This document shows, in pieces, positions 45,166 through 47,020 of a stretch of DNA of 47,020 nt (positions within the stretch are counted from its first letter, which is position 1; each line of letters opens with the position of its first letter). The notes beneath the pieces were generated by a model. The model ran no database searches and was not told where the DNA came from. It saw only the letters and a list, made by a program, of their open reading frames with translations. The position numbers and the translations under genes are program-made. Source of the DNA: Octopus bimaculoides (Eukaryota). The stretch covers positions 128,670,645 to 128,717,664 of the forward strand of contig NC_068984.1 of NCBI RefSeq assembly GCF_001194135.2. The letters are read 5' to 3'.

Positions 45166-46652
45166 ATTTTATCAAATACACGATAATGAATTATTGGCTT
45201 TGAAAAAAGTTACTATTTCGATTGACGAAAGATGAAGAGAATTTTGTTGTTGTTATTAAACAGCCGTGACTGGTTCCTGAAATAATGAGATCAATTAAAA
45301 CATATAGCTGTGAAATAATTTGATACAATTTTTCCAACTGAGTAAAATATAATTACTTTATAATGTAATATGGATTGATAATTAGAATTGATTGGTCTAA
45401 TCCGAAACTAACTGGATAGCTTTTTGGTTTGCTAATTTACAGAAAAGGAATTTTAATATTTAAACATTCAAAATACACAGGAGAGACCTCAACAGTGAAG
45501 CTGAATCAATACTTTTAAGCGAAATAAAATACAAGACTAGTCGTGTGTTTCAGTTCATTCATTTGTATATTTTTGTGTATCAAATTCATTATGTGTATTT
45601 TCAAACTATGTATTAATGATCTCGTTAACCTCTTTGTCTTTTATTTAAGACAGTACTGTGGCATTCGAGGACGATTTGGCTGTTATTTCTTTTATGTCGA
45701 GCAACAAAAGGGAGGCTCCCTCTCATTTAGTTCGTGGAAGGTTTGCTTGTTATCCTCGATAAGAGAAATTAGTTTAGATTATTTAACACTGAAACAATTA
45801 TGCCTCACTACTTAAACATGTTTTAAACTCTTGATTTTTTTATTAATAATTTTAATCCCAATAAATCCGAGACCATACGTATCAAAGCATTCATATTTAA
45901 AGTGAAATTTCAATCAAACATTTATAAGATGGATATATTCAGATATCTTAAGATATTTAGTTGGTCAATACTAACATAATATATACCACTATATAATGTT
46001 ACAGATATTTTGTTGAACTCCTCTACAATCTTCATTATATTCAAAATTAATAGAAATGCATTGACAGCCTAACTTAGTAATGTAATCACGAAAGGATTAA
46101 AGTAGTTATGGTCATGTTGTAATTTTTATCTGTTAAATGTCTTTATATGAAAGCTGATAATTTGATGCAGGAGGAAAATATTTATCAAGCGTTAGACTTG
46201 GACATTTTGTAACAATGAATTTGAATGTAATTAAAGATATTTGTTAAGATTTTACTAATAATTATTGATGGCTTTCGTCTGCTCTATGCCTCATTATTTG
46301 AAGTTTGCAGCTGACTAATATTAGAATAAGCATTAGAAGAAGACAGTATTCAAAATATTAAAATAAGACCGAACGAAATAACAATTCTGCATTTTAACTG
46401 TCAAATATATCTGTGATATTAAACAAAACAAAGTGAAAGCTTTTATTTCTAACTGTCCTTTTTTTCCTTCTCATTCTTCTGTTAATGCTTAAAAGATATT
46501 TTGTTGAAAATATTCTCACATTTACACAACGTATGTTTTCATATCTGCGTGGACATGACGGCTTAATAAGCAATATCTCGAAAGATAATTGGAAAATATT
46601 AGCTGCCAATCATCCAAGAGTGTGGAAGGACTTCTTGCAAAACCAATTTTAC

Positions 46653-46683
<31 letters not shown>

Positions 46684-46914
46684 TATGTATGTGTGTGTAT
46701 CAACACAGCTGGTTACTAGAAGACATGTGGAGCAAATTAGTCTATCTCACTGAGGCTAAATATGGGATAAAACACAATAAGCTCTTACTCTAATCTAACG
46801 GTACGAATTAAGAATATACGCATTTGTAAATGAAGAAAGCGATGTGTCTAAGCAGATGCGTAATACTAAATCAATAAATTAAACTATGATGCACGTTTCT
46901 TTCACTTTATACGA

Positions 46915-46966
46915 TGTATGTATGTATGTATGTATGTATGTATGTATGTATGTATGTATGTATGTA

Positions 46967-47020
<54 letters not shown>
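46915..47020. repeat. (ATGT)n-(TG)n-(TA)n microsatellite
   Basis: Direct reading. Confidence 0.95.

Overview
AT-rich, repeat-saturated metazoan genomic DNA from a gapped short-read assembly (8 N-runs, almost all abutting microsatellites or SINEs). The repeat families match my recollection of Octopus (coleoid cephalopod) tRNA-derived SINEs; this assignment is from memory, not a search. I found no intact protein-coding gene. Nearly all long ORFs in the track are artefacts of N-runs, microsatellites or SINEs. The window contains: at least 5 SINE or SINE-like families (about 40 copies or fragments); decayed LINE fragments (two CR1/L2-type 3' ends, an R4/Dong-type RT fragment, RTE-type 3' ends); an internally deleted Tc1/mariner transposon and two hAT-type MITEs with target-site duplications; and a tRNA-Thr(CGU) gene or pseudogene. 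The most interesting signals are RNA-structural. One is a nearly complete type-I hammerhead ribozyme fold at 31732-31787 (-). Another is a four-copy, mostly (TA)n-embedded ~200-bp element carrying a variant minimal hammerhead with a covarying stem I, resembling Penelope-like elements or retrozymes. A third is a SINE/LINE pair sharing a 3' stem-loop with a compensatory base change. A few weak candidate exons lie in non-repetitive islands. SINE boundaries are by eye (about +/-15 bp).
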